Shown here: positions 1 through 10,124 of the stretch, one piece after another
Layout: each line of letters begins with the position of its first letter
Position numbering within the stretch: the first letter of the stretch is position 1
Origin: an uncultured beta proteobacterium
GTDB taxonomy: Bacteria > Pseudomonadota > Gammaproteobacteria > Burkholderiales > Burkholderiaceae_C
Direction of reading: 5' to 3'
Length of the DNA stretch: 64,000 bases
NCBI GenBank assembly: GCA_963738615.1
Contig: CAVTXI010000019.1
Coordinates: 154,771 to 218,770, forward strand
The notes under the pieces: generated by a model
Told to the model about the DNA's origin: nothing
The model's input: only the letters and a program-made list of their open reading frames with translations
Database searches by the model: none
Translations under genes and position numbers: made by a program

Positions 1-85
1 TGCTGTTGGCGGTGCTGCCCTGCGTCGTCTTCGTGCTGGCCGCCCGCGGGCGAACCAAGGCGAGATCGGCGAGATCGGCGACGCG

Positions 86-751
86 ATGAGCGCAGCCTCG
101 AGCCGCGGCCTCGTACTGCAGGACGTGACCATCCGCCTCGAAGGACGCACGCTCGTCGCGATCGATCACATCAACGTCGCCCCCGGCACCGTCACCGCGG
201 TGATGGGCCCCAGCGGCAGCGGCAAGAGCAGCCTGCTGGCATGGATGACGGGCCTGCTCGAGCCGCCGCTCGAAGGCGCGGGCGCGATCAGCGTCGCGGG
301 GGTCGATCTGTCGGCGCTGCCGACCGAAGCGCGCAAGCTGGGGTTGATGCAGCAGGACGCGGTGCTGTTCCCGCATCTGAACGTGCTCGAGAACCTGCTG
401 TTCGCCCTGCCTCGTGATCGCACCGTCGCCGCGAACCGCAGCGACCGCCATGCGTTGGCGCTGCAAGCGCTGGAACAGGTTCACATGCGCGACTTCGCCA
501 CGCGCACGCCGCGCGCACTATCCGGCGGCGAAAGCCAGCGCGTGGCGTTGGCGCGCACGCTGCTCGCGCGCCCGCGCGCGCTCCTGCTTGACGAACCCTT
601 CTCACGCCTGCACCCCTCGCTGCGCGCCGAAGTCCGCGCGCTGGTGTGGCGCTTGGCCGCGCAGGCAGCCGTGCCGGTGCTGCTGGTGACGCACGACCCG
701 CAAGACGTGCCCGAGGGCGCGGCCGTGCTGCGCCTGGGCGACGATGGATGA
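86..751 (+). CDS. ABC transporter ATP-binding protein (short, single NBD)
   Basis: Walker A GPSGSGKSS, ABC signature LSGGESQRV, Walker B LLLDEP and H-loop in the 221-aa ORF; bases 1-85 are the 3' end of an upstream + strand gene. Confidence 0.85.
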   Translation: MSAASSRGLVLQDVTIRLEGRTLVAIDHINVAPGTVTAVMGPSGSGKSSLLAWMTGLLEPPLEGAGAISVAGVDLSALPTEARKLGLMQQDAVLFPHLNVLENLLFALPRDRTVAANRSDRHALALQALEQVHMRDFATRTPRALSGGESQRVALARTLLARPRALLLDEPFSRLHPSLRAEVRALVWRLAAQAAVPVLLVTHDPQDVPEGAAVLRLGDDG

Positions 752-1000
752 ACGGGGAGGCGCGTGCGACGACGGCGCTACGACCTCGCAGGCCAGACCC
801 TGCGCGCTCAGGTGGCGAACATCCAGACCGACATGCACGGTGATAGATTGGCTCATGGCCCGTCTCCTCGCAAACTTGCAACGCCCGCCGCGACCATCGC
901 GGCGGTGCATTGGTGTAGCTCGGCAGGCCCTGCGCCTGCAACCTACGGGATCGAGGGTGGCGGGCCGCCTGAGTTCGCGAAGCCATCTTGTCTAGCCGCC

Positions 1001-1495
1001 ATGCCCCACATCGCAACGTTGGAATTCACAGAGCCTCTCCTGCGAAAGGCTGTGTTCGCGTTCTGGAGGCGCACGGTTGGTATTGGCTTCTTCGTTGCTC
1101 TTGCGCTTCTTCTGGGCTCGCTCGCGTTCCTGGTCTGGCGCGGCGATCGGTCGTGGTTTGTGGGGGCACTCGGCGCGTTCTTCGTCCTTGGGCTTGGGTT
1201 CGTCTTCGTCGTCTACTTCGTTCACCTGCGCAATGCGATGACCAAGTTCCGGGGAATGGGCGCGCCTATCGCCACGTTGTCGCTCGACGATTCGTCGTTC
1301 AGCATGTCTTCTGGCCTCGGGAGCACTTCGCTGCACTGGTCCGCGGTCACGGAGCTTTGGCGCTTTCCGTCGTTCTGGCTGCTCTTGTTCTCAAAGGCTC
1401 AGTTCGTAACGGTCCCGCTTGCCACGGTCTCCTCGGAGGCGCAAGCATTCATCCTCAGTCGCGTCTCGGCAGCCGGTGGCAAAGTTGTCGGCTAA
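1001..1495 (+). CDS. YcxB-like membrane protein (two TM helices then a bacterial PH-like domain)
   Basis: Internal Met MPHIATLEF at about 1001 is the likely real start of the 764..1495 ORF; hydrophobic helices (GIGFFVALALLLGSLAFLVW, ALGAFFVLGLGFVFVVYFV) are followed by a YcxB-type tail. Confidence 0.55.
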   Translation: MPHIATLEFTEPLLRKAVFAFWRRTVGIGFFVALALLLGSLAFLVWRGDRSWFVGALGAFFVLGLGFVFVVYFVHLRNAMTKFRGMGAPIATLSLDDSSFSMSSGLGSTSLHWSAVTELWRFPSFWLLLFSKAQFVTVPLATVSSEAQAFILSRVSAAGGKVVG

Positions 1496-1496
1496 C

Positions 1497-1860
1497 CGGG
1501 GAGTTTCAGCGTTCGCGGAACGCATTCTTAACGTCGAGGTGACAGAGTTTCAGCGTTCCACGAATACTCATCGAGTATCTTGGAATGGCCTGTCCATCCG
1601 CTCGTATAGGCCGTGCCTTGGGCAGGTACTGGCGGATCAACCCGTTGATGTTCTCGTTGCTCGCGCGCCGCCAGGGCTGTGCGGGTCGCAGAAGTAGAAC
1701 GTCGATTTTCAGCCGCTCGGCCAGCGCCTCGTGAAGTGCCATCTCGCCGTGCCACGCGAAGATATGCAGTGGCGTTCCTCGTAGATTGGGTTCCCCTTCG
1801 TGCCGAACGTGGGCGTGGGAACGATGCTCTGAAGCAGTGACGCTTGCCACGCGAGGAGCC
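1497..1860 (-). pseudogene. IS30-family transposase C-terminal remnant
   Basis: Translation PWRRASNENINGLIRQYLPKA matches the IS30 DDE-transposase C-terminal hallmark (NENTNGLLRQYFPKG); only about 45 aa are recognisable and the upstream part is in another frame; a short direct repeat gagtttcagcgttc occurs at about 1501 and 1545. Confidence 0.5.
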
Positions 1861-2130
1861 TAGCCAATCGGCCGTGACCGGTTTCGAATGCGACTTCCGA
1901 GCCCAAGAACAAACCGACTGCGACGATCGTGCCGTATAGAACTGCGCGCCTCACAAGCGCCATAGGCCGCGCTCAGGCGCAAGGGCGACCGCGCACTGCG
2001 GGCAAGCACCGTGACGGCAACGCGTAAGCGCTGTGCATGCGTCGCAGAACCGTCATCGAATCTGCACGGTCTTGTCACATGCGCGGCCTAGCCTCGAAGG
2101 CTTGCATTCCCACCACGACCCAACCGACAC

Positions 2131-4368
2131 ATGAAGCACATCCCATCGCCCGGTAACACCACCTGGAATGACGAAGACTCCAACACCAGCGACAACGTTT
2201 CGTTCGACCACGTGCTGCGCGCACGGCTGCAGCGCCGCTCGATCCTTCGCTCGGGCGTCGCGGGCGCCGTGGCGGTCGCCGCGGGCGTGCTGCCGTTGGC
2301 CGCTTGCGGCGGTGACGACGACGATGACGTCGCAGCTACACCGACCGACACCGGCCCGATCGACAAGCTCGGCTTCGCAGGCGTCGCGAAGTCGCTGGCC
2401 GACACTGTGACCGTGCCGGCCGGCTACACCGCCAGCGTGGTCTACGCGCTGGGCGACCCGCTGACGGCCGCAACCGCCGCCTACAAGAACGACGGCACCG
2501 ACGACGCCTACGACCGCCGCGCGGGCGACCATCACGATGGCATGGAGTGGTTCGGCCTGGCCACCGATGGCACGCCGTCGGCCACGTCGAGCGAGCGCGG
2601 CGTGCTGGCGATCAACCACGAGGCGACCACCGACCAGACGCTGTCGTCGTTCTTCCTGCATGCCAACGGCGGCACGACCACGTTGCCGCGGCCGGCCGCC
2701 GAAGTCGACAAGGAGTTGATGATTCACGGCGTGTCGGTGGTCGAGATGCGCAAGACCAGCGCAACCTGGGCCAACGTACCGGGCTCGACCTTCAACCGCC
2801 GCATCACCGCGGTCACCGAGGTCGACATCACCGGCCCGGCGCGCGGCAACGGCCTGCTGAAAACGCTCTATTCTCCCGACGGCACCGTGACTCGCGGCAC
2901 GCTCAACAACTGCGGTACCGGCAAGACGCCGTGGGGGACGTTCCTGACCGGCGAGGAGAACTGGTTCGGCTACTTCACGCGCCCCGTCGGTGACGACGCC
3001 GCCCGCAGCAATGACAAGAGCGTGACCGCGCTGCGGCGCTACGGCCGCGCCGAAGGTGCCGCGTCGCGTCACGGTTGGGAAAGCGCCGGCAGCCAGGACA
3101 TCTACGCACGCTGGATCAACGCGCGCACCGGCACCAGCAGCGACGGCAGCGACGACTACCGCAACGAGCTCAACGGCATGGGCTACATCGTGGAGATCGA
3201 CCCCTACAACCCGCAAAGCCGCGCGAAGAAGCGCACCGCGTTGGGCCGCTTCGCACACGAGAGCGCCGTGTTCTCACTGCCCAAGGCGGGCGAGAAGCTC
3301 GCGGTCTACATGGGCGACGACTCGCGCGGTGAGTACATCTACAAGTTCGTGTCCGACACCGCGTGGAGCAGCGCCGACGCCAACGCCGCGGACCGCCTTG
3401 CCACCGGACAGAAGTACCTCGACACGGGCAAGCTGCACGTGGCGCGCTTCGACGCCGACGGCACCGGCCGCTGGCTCGAGCTGAGCGTGGCAACGATCCC
3501 CCCGGCCTACACCGCCTACACCTTCGCCGACGAAGCCGACGTTCGCGTGAACGCGCGCCTGGCCGCCGATGCACTCGGCGCCACGAAGATGGACCGCCCC
3601 GAGTGGTGCGGCGTGCACCCGACGACGGGCGAGATCTACTACACGCTGACCAACAACAGCAACCGTCGCGTGGCGCCCGGCAGCAGCGCGCAGATGCCGG
3701 TCGACAGCGCCAACCCGCGCGGCTACAGCGACACCCGCGGCACCTCCACGGACAACGTCACTCAGTCGGGCAACGTCAACGGCCACATCATCCGGATGAA
3801 GGAAAGCACCGGCAGCGCAGCCGCGACCGCCTTCACGTGGGACGTCTACCTTTTCGGCGCGCAGTCCGACGCCGACGCCAACCTCGTGAACCTGTCGGCG
3901 CTGACCGCGCAGCAAGACTTCTCGAGCCCCGACGGCTTGGCATTCAGCCAAAGCACCGGCATCTGCTGGATTCAGACCGACGACGGCGCCTACACCGACG
4001 CCACCAATTGCATGATGCTCGCGGCCATCCCCGGCACGGTGGGCGACGGCGCGAAGAAGACGCTGACGCACGGCGCGAGCGTCAGCGTCGACACCTACGT
4101 CGGCAAGGCGCCCACGACCGACACGCTGGCGCGCTTCCTCGTCGGCCCGAAGGGCAGCGAGATCACGGGGCTGGCCGAGACACCCGACGGCAAGACGATC
4201 TTCGTCAACATCCAGCACCCGGGCGAAGCGACCAGCATGGCCGACCTCACCGATCCGACGAAGTACCAGAGCCGTTGGCCGTCGAGCGCTGGCTATGGCG
4301 CGGGGCAACGGCCACGGTCGGCCACGATCGTGATCACGAAGGACGACGGTGGACGCATCGGGCGCTGA
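2131..4368 (+). CDS. phoX: Tat-secreted PhoX-family alkaline phosphatase (DUF839 beta-propeller)
   Basis: 745 aa; twin-arginine signal RRSILRSGVAGAVAVAAG; conserved PhoX blocks (GVLAINHE, YRNELNGMGYIVEIDPYNP, GKTIFVNIQHPGE). Confidence 0.85.
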   Translation: MKHIPSPGNTTWNDEDSNTSDNVSFDHVLRARLQRRSILRSGVAGAVAVAAGVLPLAACGGDDDDDVAATPTDTGPIDKLGFAGVAKSLADTVTVPAGYTASVVYALGDPLTAATAAYKNDGTDDAYDRRAGDHHDGMEWFGLATDGTPSATSSERGVLAINHEATTDQTLSSFFLHANGGTTTLPRPAAEVDKELMIHGVSVVEMRKTSATWANVPGSTFNRRITAVTEVDITGPARGNGLLKTLYSPDGTVTRGTLNNCGTGKTPWGTFLTGEENWFGYFTRPVGDDAARSNDKSVTALRRYGRAEGAASRHGWESAGSQDIYARWINARTGTSSDGSDDYRNELNGMGYIVEIDPYNPQSRAKKRTALGRFAHESAVFSLPKAGEKLAVYMGDDSRGEYIYKFVSDTAWSSADANAADRLATGQKYLDTGKLHVARFDADGTGRWLELSVATIPPAYTAYTFADEADVRVNARLAADALGATKMDRPEWCGVHPTTGEIYYTLTNNSNRRVAPGSSAQMPVDSANPRGYSDTRGTSTDNVTQSGNVNGHIIRMKESTGSAAATAFTWDVYLFGAQSDADANLVNLSALTAQQDFSSPDGLAFSQSTGICWIQTDDGAYTDATNCMMLAAIPGTVGDGAKKTLTHGASVSVDTYVGKAPTTDTLARFLVGPKGSEITGLAETPDGKTIFVNIQHPGEATSMADLTDPTKYQSRWPSSAGYGAGQRPRSATIVITKDDGGRIGR

Positions 4369-4409
4369 ACGCCCGCGGCTTCACGGCCCCTATAAGGCAC
4401 ACGGCAGCT

Positions 4410-5558
4410 TCAGGGGCGACTGAAGTCGCCCTGGAGCATGAGGTGCCAGCGCGCGTGCAGCTCGCGGTCGATCCACGGCAGCCGCTCGAGCGGCTGCGCA
4501 AACCAGCGCCCGAAGTCGGCGCGCATGCGCTGCGGCGATGCCTCACCGGTCAGACGCCGCAGGTCTTCGAGTGCCACCGCGGCCCAGGCATTGGCGATGG
4601 CGCGGTCGTGCGGCGCTTGGCGATGGGCGCTGCATGCTGCGAGGTAGGCGAAGCGATAGTCTTTCGACCAACCCCCGAGCGTGCCGCGCACACGCGACGC
4701 AAGCTTGTCCTGCCAAGCCTTGGGTGGCTCGCCGAGCAACGGCAGCGGTTGTGACTCGAGCGCGCAGAACGTGGCTGCGTCGCGCGGGTTCACGTGACGG
4801 TCGGCCTGCACGTGGATGAAGCCGCGCGTGTGGCCCCAGTAGTGGTGCACCACGTCCTTGCACGTCGCGAGCTTCGTGCGCTGGTCCAGCACCACGCCGA
4901 ACGCGAACTGCTCGACGTTGAAGACCGGTGCGCGGTCATACAGCGCGTCGAGCAGCGCCAGCGCCTGCTTGACCAGCGGCGCGTGCGATGGCAACACGCC
5001 GACGACGCCCGAGTTGAACATCGGCGTGGCGGCGGACATGTGAAAGCCTTCGATCTCGACGCCGTGGCGAATGAACTCGACAACGTCGGCGCAGTCGGGG
5101 TCGTCCGCGATCGCGGGCACTTCCTGCTCGTGCATCACCGTCGCATCAGGGCCGATGCGTTCGAACAGGCGCCGCGGCGACGCGGTGAAGAAGGTGTCGG
5201 TGTCGACCAACGCCACCGGCTCATCGCCCGCGTGCCGCATCGCGTCCAGCAGCGCCAGCACTTTCACGCGGTGGTTGTAGCTGCGGCCGGGTGTGCTCGT
5301 CCAAGCGCGCATGGTGTCGGGGTCGATCACGCGCACGTCGAACGGAAAGCTTTTGTCGAAGCGCGGCCGGTCGCTGATCAGTTCGATGCGGACTGCGTCG
5401 CTGCCATCGTCGCCTCGTTGGTCGCTCCGCAGATGGATGCGCGCCGACAGCGCACTGAGCAGGAATTCGAGCTCGTAGGTTTTGTTGTCGCCGTAGAGCA
5501 GATAGGTCAGGACTGCCATGCCGCTCAGCCGAAGTGCTTGTCGCTTGTCGCTGGCCAC
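4410..5558 (-). CDS. hypothetical protein, possibly nucleotide-diphospho-sugar transferase-like
   Basis: 382-aa intact ORF with coding-like composition; the VALVDTDTFF block loosely resembles a GT-A DxD region; no firm family assignment. Confidence 0.4.
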   Translation of the reverse strand: MASDKRQALRLSGMAVLTYLLYGDNKTYELEFLLSALSARIHLRSDQRGDDGSDAVRIELISDRPRFDKSFPFDVRVIDPDTMRAWTSTPGRSYNHRVKVLALLDAMRHAGDEPVALVDTDTFFTASPRRLFERIGPDATVMHEQEVPAIADDPDCADVVEFIRHGVEIEGFHMSAATPMFNSGVVGVLPSHAPLVKQALALLDALYDRAPVFNVEQFAFGVVLDQRTKLATCKDVVHHYWGHTRGFIHVQADRHVNPRDAATFCALESQPLPLLGEPPKAWQDKLASRVRGTLGGWSKDYRFAYLAACSAHRQAPHDRAIANAWAAVALEDLRRLTGEASPQRMRADFGRWFAQPLERLPWIDRELHARWHLMLQGDFSRP

Positions 5559-7741
5559 TCGTGCGGCGCGATGTCATGACCCGCATCGGCAGGCCGCGCG
5601 GCCAGCGGGATGCGTGCCCCATGGCGCACGAAGAGCGGCAGCCGCGACAGTGGCGCATGCACCGCGTGGCGACGTCCCGAGCCGAACGCGTCGCCGGTGT
5701 CGAAGGCATGCCAAGGTTTGTTGTCGGGCAGCGGCGGCAGAAACACCTCGCGCTGCTTGGCGCCTGCCTCGACCACCGGCGCCACCAGCAGATCAGGTCC
5801 GAGCATGAAGTCGTCGCTGTCGTCGAAGCACGCGTCGACATCCGGGAAGTCGAAGAACGTAGGGCGGATGATCGGCTCGTGGTGCGTGTGCGCGCGTGCG
5901 GCCAGCTTCCACAGGTACGGCATCAGCACGTATCGCAACTCGATCGCGCGACGCACGTCGTCGACCACCTCGGGGTGCATCCACGGCACGCTGCTCACAT
6001 TGCCGGGCTTCCAGGAATTCATCACCATGCGCGGGTTCAGGCAGCAGGCCTGCACCCAGCGCAGGAAGAGCTCGGCGTCGGGCAACGGCCCGTAGAAGCC
6101 GCCGACGTCGTGGCCGACGTGGAACATGCCCGACAAGCTCATCTGCAAGCCGGTGCGGATGTTCCAGCGCAACGTGCGCCAGCTGGTGGTGTTGTCGCCC
6201 GACCAAGTCTGCGCGTAGCGCTGGATGCCGGGCGGGCCGGCGCGCGTGACGGTGAAAGGCTCGGCGTGCGGCGACCCTTTTGCAGCGCGCTCACGTTGCG
6301 CTTCGATCGTGGCGCGTGTCATCAGCAGCGCGTGCAGCGGGCGGCAGCGATGCAGCGGGATCGGCTTGCCGAAACCGTCGCACTGCGCGGCTTCGTCGAG
6401 CACGGCGTATTCGTTGTTGTCGTTCCAGCCCGCGTCGATGCCGTACTCGAGCACCTGCGCGTCGAGCTTGCGTTGCCACCACGCGATCGTGCGCGGATGC
6501 GTGAAGTCGAGGTGCGCGCCCATGCCGTCCCAGAAGGGCTCGAGTACCGGCTCGCGCTTCGACGCGTCATGCACGAAGCCGTCGAAGCCGCGCACCTCGT
6601 CCCAATCGGGGTGGTCGTCGAGCAGGCAGGGCTTGAGGTTCGCGACAAGCTTCATGCCCTGCGCCTCGAACTTCGCGTTCAGCACCTTCGGCTCCGGGAA
6701 CTTGCCTTCGTTCCAGGTGAAGACATAGCGGCGCGCGCCGCGTGACGAATAGCCCGAGCCGTAGTGGAACGCCGAGATCGGAATGCGGTGCTGCGCGATG
6801 CGGTCAATGAAGTCCGACAGCCGCGCCTGCGCGTCGGGCGCATCGGCCAGCCCCATCGCGGTCTGCGCAAAGCCCAGCGACCAGCGCGGCGGCAGCGCCG
6901 TGCCGCCGATCAACTTCATGAACTGCGCGATCACCTCGGCGGGCGAATCACCGACCATCATCCAGATGTCGAGGTCACCGTCGTCGATCTCGACATGGCG
7001 ATACAGGCCGTGGTAGTTGTCGTGTTCGCAGCCCAGGTCGAAGGTGCAGGCGCACAACGTGTCGTGAAACTGGCCGTACCAGGTGCCGTCGGCCGCGCGC
7101 ACGAGCAGGAAGGGCCAATGTTTGTACAGCGGGTCGCCGTGCTCGGGGTCGTAGCCCAAAGCGTCCATCGCAATCGTGCGCAGACGACGGCCGCGCAGGT
7201 TCAGTGGTCCCGTCTTGTCACCCAGGCCGTAGTAGCGGTCGGCGGCGGAGCGTTCGACGTAGTGCCGTGCTGCGCCGGTGCGCGTTTCGCGAAGGTAGGC
7301 GCTGGTCGCGCGGTCGGCGCAGAAGGGGTCACGGCCGCCCGTGGTGCGCCACTCGAGGCGCAACGGGTTTGTATGCAGCGTGGCGATCAGCTTCGACGTG
7401 CCGAGCGTCGGTGCATGCGGCATCGTGGGTTCGCCCGCGTGGTCACCCGCCGCTGCGGCCCTGACACCCGCGACCCTCGCCGTGACCGCGGGTACCGCAC
7501 CAAAGCCCGATAGATCATCGCGGTCGCGCCCCTGCCACGGCGAATCGGCCGCGCGTTCGCCGTCGGCCATCGGTGCAATCGACCAGGTGCGCGGCTCTTT
7601 GTATCCCGATGCCGGCTTCAACGTCACGCGCGCCAGCCGCTCACCCACGAAGCGCAGCGTCATCGTCGCGCCGTCGTCGAGTTCGACGCGTGCGGTCGAG
7701 CCGTCGACGATCCACTTTGTGCGCGCGGTCCAGGGCGTCAT
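5525..7741 (-). CDS. glycoside hydrolase family 31 (alpha-glucosidase/alpha-xylosidase-like)
   Basis: 738 aa with GH31 catalytic-region motifs (WNDNNE nucleophile region, HVGHDVGGF, W-rich blocks); stop overlaps the downstream ABC ATPase start. Confidence 0.85.
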   Translation of the reverse strand: MTPWTARTKWIVDGSTARVELDDGATMTLRFVGERLARVTLKPASGYKEPRTWSIAPMADGERAADSPWQGRDRDDLSGFGAVPAVTARVAGVRAAAAGDHAGEPTMPHAPTLGTSKLIATLHTNPLRLEWRTTGGRDPFCADRATSAYLRETRTGAARHYVERSAADRYYGLGDKTGPLNLRGRRLRTIAMDALGYDPEHGDPLYKHWPFLLVRAADGTWYGQFHDTLCACTFDLGCEHDNYHGLYRHVEIDDGDLDIWMMVGDSPAEVIAQFMKLIGGTALPPRWSLGFAQTAMGLADAPDAQARLSDFIDRIAQHRIPISAFHYGSGYSSRGARRYVFTWNEGKFPEPKVLNAKFEAQGMKLVANLKPCLLDDHPDWDEVRGFDGFVHDASKREPVLEPFWDGMGAHLDFTHPRTIAWWQRKLDAQVLEYGIDAGWNDNNEYAVLDEAAQCDGFGKPIPLHRCRPLHALLMTRATIEAQRERAAKGSPHAEPFTVTRAGPPGIQRYAQTWSGDNTTSWRTLRWNIRTGLQMSLSGMFHVGHDVGGFYGPLPDAELFLRWVQACCLNPRMVMNSWKPGNVSSVPWMHPEVVDDVRRAIELRYVLMPYLWKLAARAHTHHEPIIRPTFFDFPDVDACFDDSDDFMLGPDLLVAPVVEAGAKQREVFLPPLPDNKPWHAFDTGDAFGSGRRHAVHAPLSRLPLFVRHGARIPLAARPADAGHDIAPHEWPATSDKHFG

Positions 7742-8787
7742 GATGTCGAAGCTCCGATGTCCAGACGCTGACCTTGTGCGTCGAATGCATGCAGGTGCCG
7801 CAGGTCGGGCGCAAGGTTCACGCGCTGCCCGCGCTCGAGCACCGGCGCGTCGGTCAGCAGCGCCTCGAGCCGCGAACCGTCGGCCAGCGTGCCTTGCAGC
7901 AGGCTCTGCCCGCCGAGGAACTCGACGCCGGTGATGTCGACAGGCAAACCCGCAGCCGAGCCGTTCGCAAGCCGCCAGTGTTCGGGGCGCAGGCCCACGG
8001 TGTTGGTGTTGCCCGGCAGGGCCCCCGCCAGCTCGTGATGCGCCGCCACCGCCGCACGCGGCAGCAGGTTCATGCGCGGGCTGCCGATGAAGCCGGCGAC
8101 AAACGTGTTGGCCGGGCGTTCGTACAACTCGCGCGGCGGGCCGATCTGTTCGACGCGCCCGTCGCGCAGCACCACGATGCGATCGGCCATCGTCATCGCC
8201 TCGACCTGATCGTGCGTCACGTACACCATCGTCGCGCCGAGCCGTCCGTGCAGCTCGCGCAACTCACTGCGCATCGACACGCGCAACTCGGCGTCGAGGT
8301 TCGACAGCGGTTCGTCGAAGAGAAAAATCTTCGGCTCGCGCACGATGGCTCGGCCGATCGCGACGCGTTGCCGCTGCCCGCCCGACAACTGCGTGGGCTT
8401 GCGATCCAGCAGCGTGTCCAGCCGCAGCATCGCCGCCGCCTTCTCGACCCGCGGGCGGACCTGCGTGCTCGGCATGCCCGAGTTCTCGAGCCCGAACGCC
8501 ATGTTCGCGTACACGCTCATGTGCGGATAAAGCGCGTAGCTTTGGAACACCATCGCGCAGCCGCGGTCGGCGGCCGACACATCGTTGACACGCTGCCCGT
8601 CGATCAAAACGTCGCCCGACGTCGGCGTCTCGAGCCCCGCGATCATGCGCAGCAGCGTTGACTTGCCACAGCCCGACGGACCAACGAAGACAACGAACTC
8701 ACCGTGCGGCGCCGACAGATCGACGCCGCGGATGACGTCGACCTGGCCGAAGGTCTTGGTGATGGAGGTCAGGTCGAGCGAGGACAT
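7738..8787 (-). CDS. sugar ABC transporter ATP-binding protein (MalK/UgpC-like)
   Basis: Walker A GPSGCGKST, LSGGQRQRVAIGRA, Walker B FLFDEP and a C-terminal TOBE-like regulatory domain. Confidence 0.9.
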   Translation of the reverse strand: MSSLDLTSITKTFGQVDVIRGVDLSAPHGEFVVFVGPSGCGKSTLLRMIAGLETPTSGDVLIDGQRVNDVSAADRGCAMVFQSYALYPHMSVYANMAFGLENSGMPSTQVRPRVEKAAAMLRLDTLLDRKPTQLSGGQRQRVAIGRAIVREPKIFLFDEPLSNLDAELRVSMRSELRELHGRLGATMVYVTHDQVEAMTMADRIVVLRDGRVEQIGPPRELYERPANTFVAGFIGSPRMNLLPRAAVAAHHELAGALPGNTNTVGLRPEHWRLANGSAAGLPVDITGVEFLGGQSLLQGTLADGSRLEALLTDAPVLERGQRVNLAPDLRHLHAFDAQGQRLDIGASTS

Positions 8788-8791
8788 GGGG

Positions 8792-9991
8792 CTACCTCGC
8801 GGCTTGATCCGGCTCGCGCCGACTTCTCGGGATCTGATCGCGTGTGATCAGCCCCGCGGTCAATCCATTCATGATGACGTACGGCTGCATCAGCGGGTTC
8901 ACGAATCGGAATCGGTAACGGCGCTTGATGCCGCTGCGGCTGAGGATGGGCCCGCGATCGGGTTCGCAGAACGCTTTCATGTGTTGCGAGAAGGTCGGGA
9001 TTTCGTAAGGACGCCCCATGATTTTCGACATCGGCTCGCGCACGCTGCCGGCGTAGAAGAACCCGAGCGAGTCGGTTTCGGACATCGCGCAGGCCAGCAA
9101 CACTTGCGTGTACAGACTGTCTTTGCGCGGGCTCGTCACCGCCTTGTGATAGCCGCTGACCACGCTGTGCTGCGCGGTCCTGAGCGCGCGCCGGATGGCG
9201 GTGTCGACGTCGCGAACCTCGACTTCCGGCCCGCCTCGTTCGACGGCGTCTTGAAACGCGTTGAGCGCCAGCAGATGCGTGTAGTGCGGCAGCCCTTGCG
9301 ATAGCGCAAGTACCTGGTTTGCAGCGTCCGCGGTAATGTCCATGCCGCAGATCGCCGACCCGGTCGAGACAACCTCCATCAACTCGGTGTCGGACATCCG
9401 GGGCATCGGGATCTGCTTCAGGTTTCGCTCGATCGACACGTGTTCGGCAATCAAGGCGTCCACTGATTCGGCGACGCCGACGAGGATGATCGTCGAGTCG
9501 ATCCCATGGTCGGACAGGTTCTTGATGCAGTCCGCCAGCTTCGTCGTTGCACTCCGGTCGCGCAGGCGATCGACCTCGTCGAAGACGATGACCGTCTTCT
9601 TGATGTTCTGCAGGATGTGCCTGATGTCGTCGGGGCGGATCTCTTTGGGCGCCAGGTCGTCCATGGTCCTATTACCGTCCAGGTGCATTTCGCGGAAGGC
9701 GGCGTGCCAAAGCGAGGAGAACGACATCGACTCGTCGCAATTGATCGGCCCGCAAGCCGGCTTGTTGACCTGGTCGCCGAACGTCTCGTAGACCACGTTG
9801 GCAAGCGAGGTCTTGCCCACGCCGCGCTCGCCATAGATCACGGCGTGCTGACCCTTTTGCGAAACGGCCGTGACCGCGTCGCGAAGCTGTTCGAATCGGC
9901 CTGCGAACAGGGTGCGCTTGTCGATCGGCGCGCTCGGCGTGAATGCGGTGCCGATCTTGGCGATCTTGGCGATCTTCTCGATGGTTGCCAC
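8792..9991 (-). CDS. ORC/Cdc6-like AAA+ ATPase (P-loop NTPase with probable C-terminal winged-helix region)
   Basis: FAGRFEQL..HAVIYGERGVGKTSL Walker A, IVFDEVDRL Walker B, ILVGV sensor; the stop is 4 nt from the malK-like start; the N terminus carries a 9-bp tandem repeat encoding KIAKIAKI; GC looks lower than the neighbouring genes. Confidence 0.7.
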   Translation of the reverse strand: MATIEKIAKIAKIGTAFTPSAPIDKRTLFAGRFEQLRDAVTAVSQKGQHAVIYGERGVGKTSLANVVYETFGDQVNKPACGPINCDESMSFSSLWHAAFREMHLDGNRTMDDLAPKEIRPDDIRHILQNIKKTVIVFDEVDRLRDRSATTKLADCIKNLSDHGIDSTIILVGVAESVDALIAEHVSIERNLKQIPMPRMSDTELMEVVSTGSAICGMDITADAANQVLALSQGLPHYTHLLALNAFQDAVERGGPEVEVRDVDTAIRRALRTAQHSVVSGYHKAVTSPRKDSLYTQVLLACAMSETDSLGFFYAGSVREPMSKIMGRPYEIPTFSQHMKAFCEPDRGPILSRSGIKRRYRFRFVNPLMQPYVIMNGLTAGLITRDQIPRSRREPDQAAR

Positions 9992-10124
9992 TCGTGCTCC
10001 TTCGCTGTCGGCTAATGCAAATATAAGCTCATCGACTCACAATATGACATTCAGCGCCGCCACACCGGAGCTAGAACGGGCATCAAAACGAGCTACATGC
10101 CCCTAAGTTTCCGCATAGCGGGAT

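Noticed and set aside
2053-3258. 401-aa minus-strand ORF opposite phoX
   Set aside because: Antisense to a convincingly conserved PhoX gene; composition-driven
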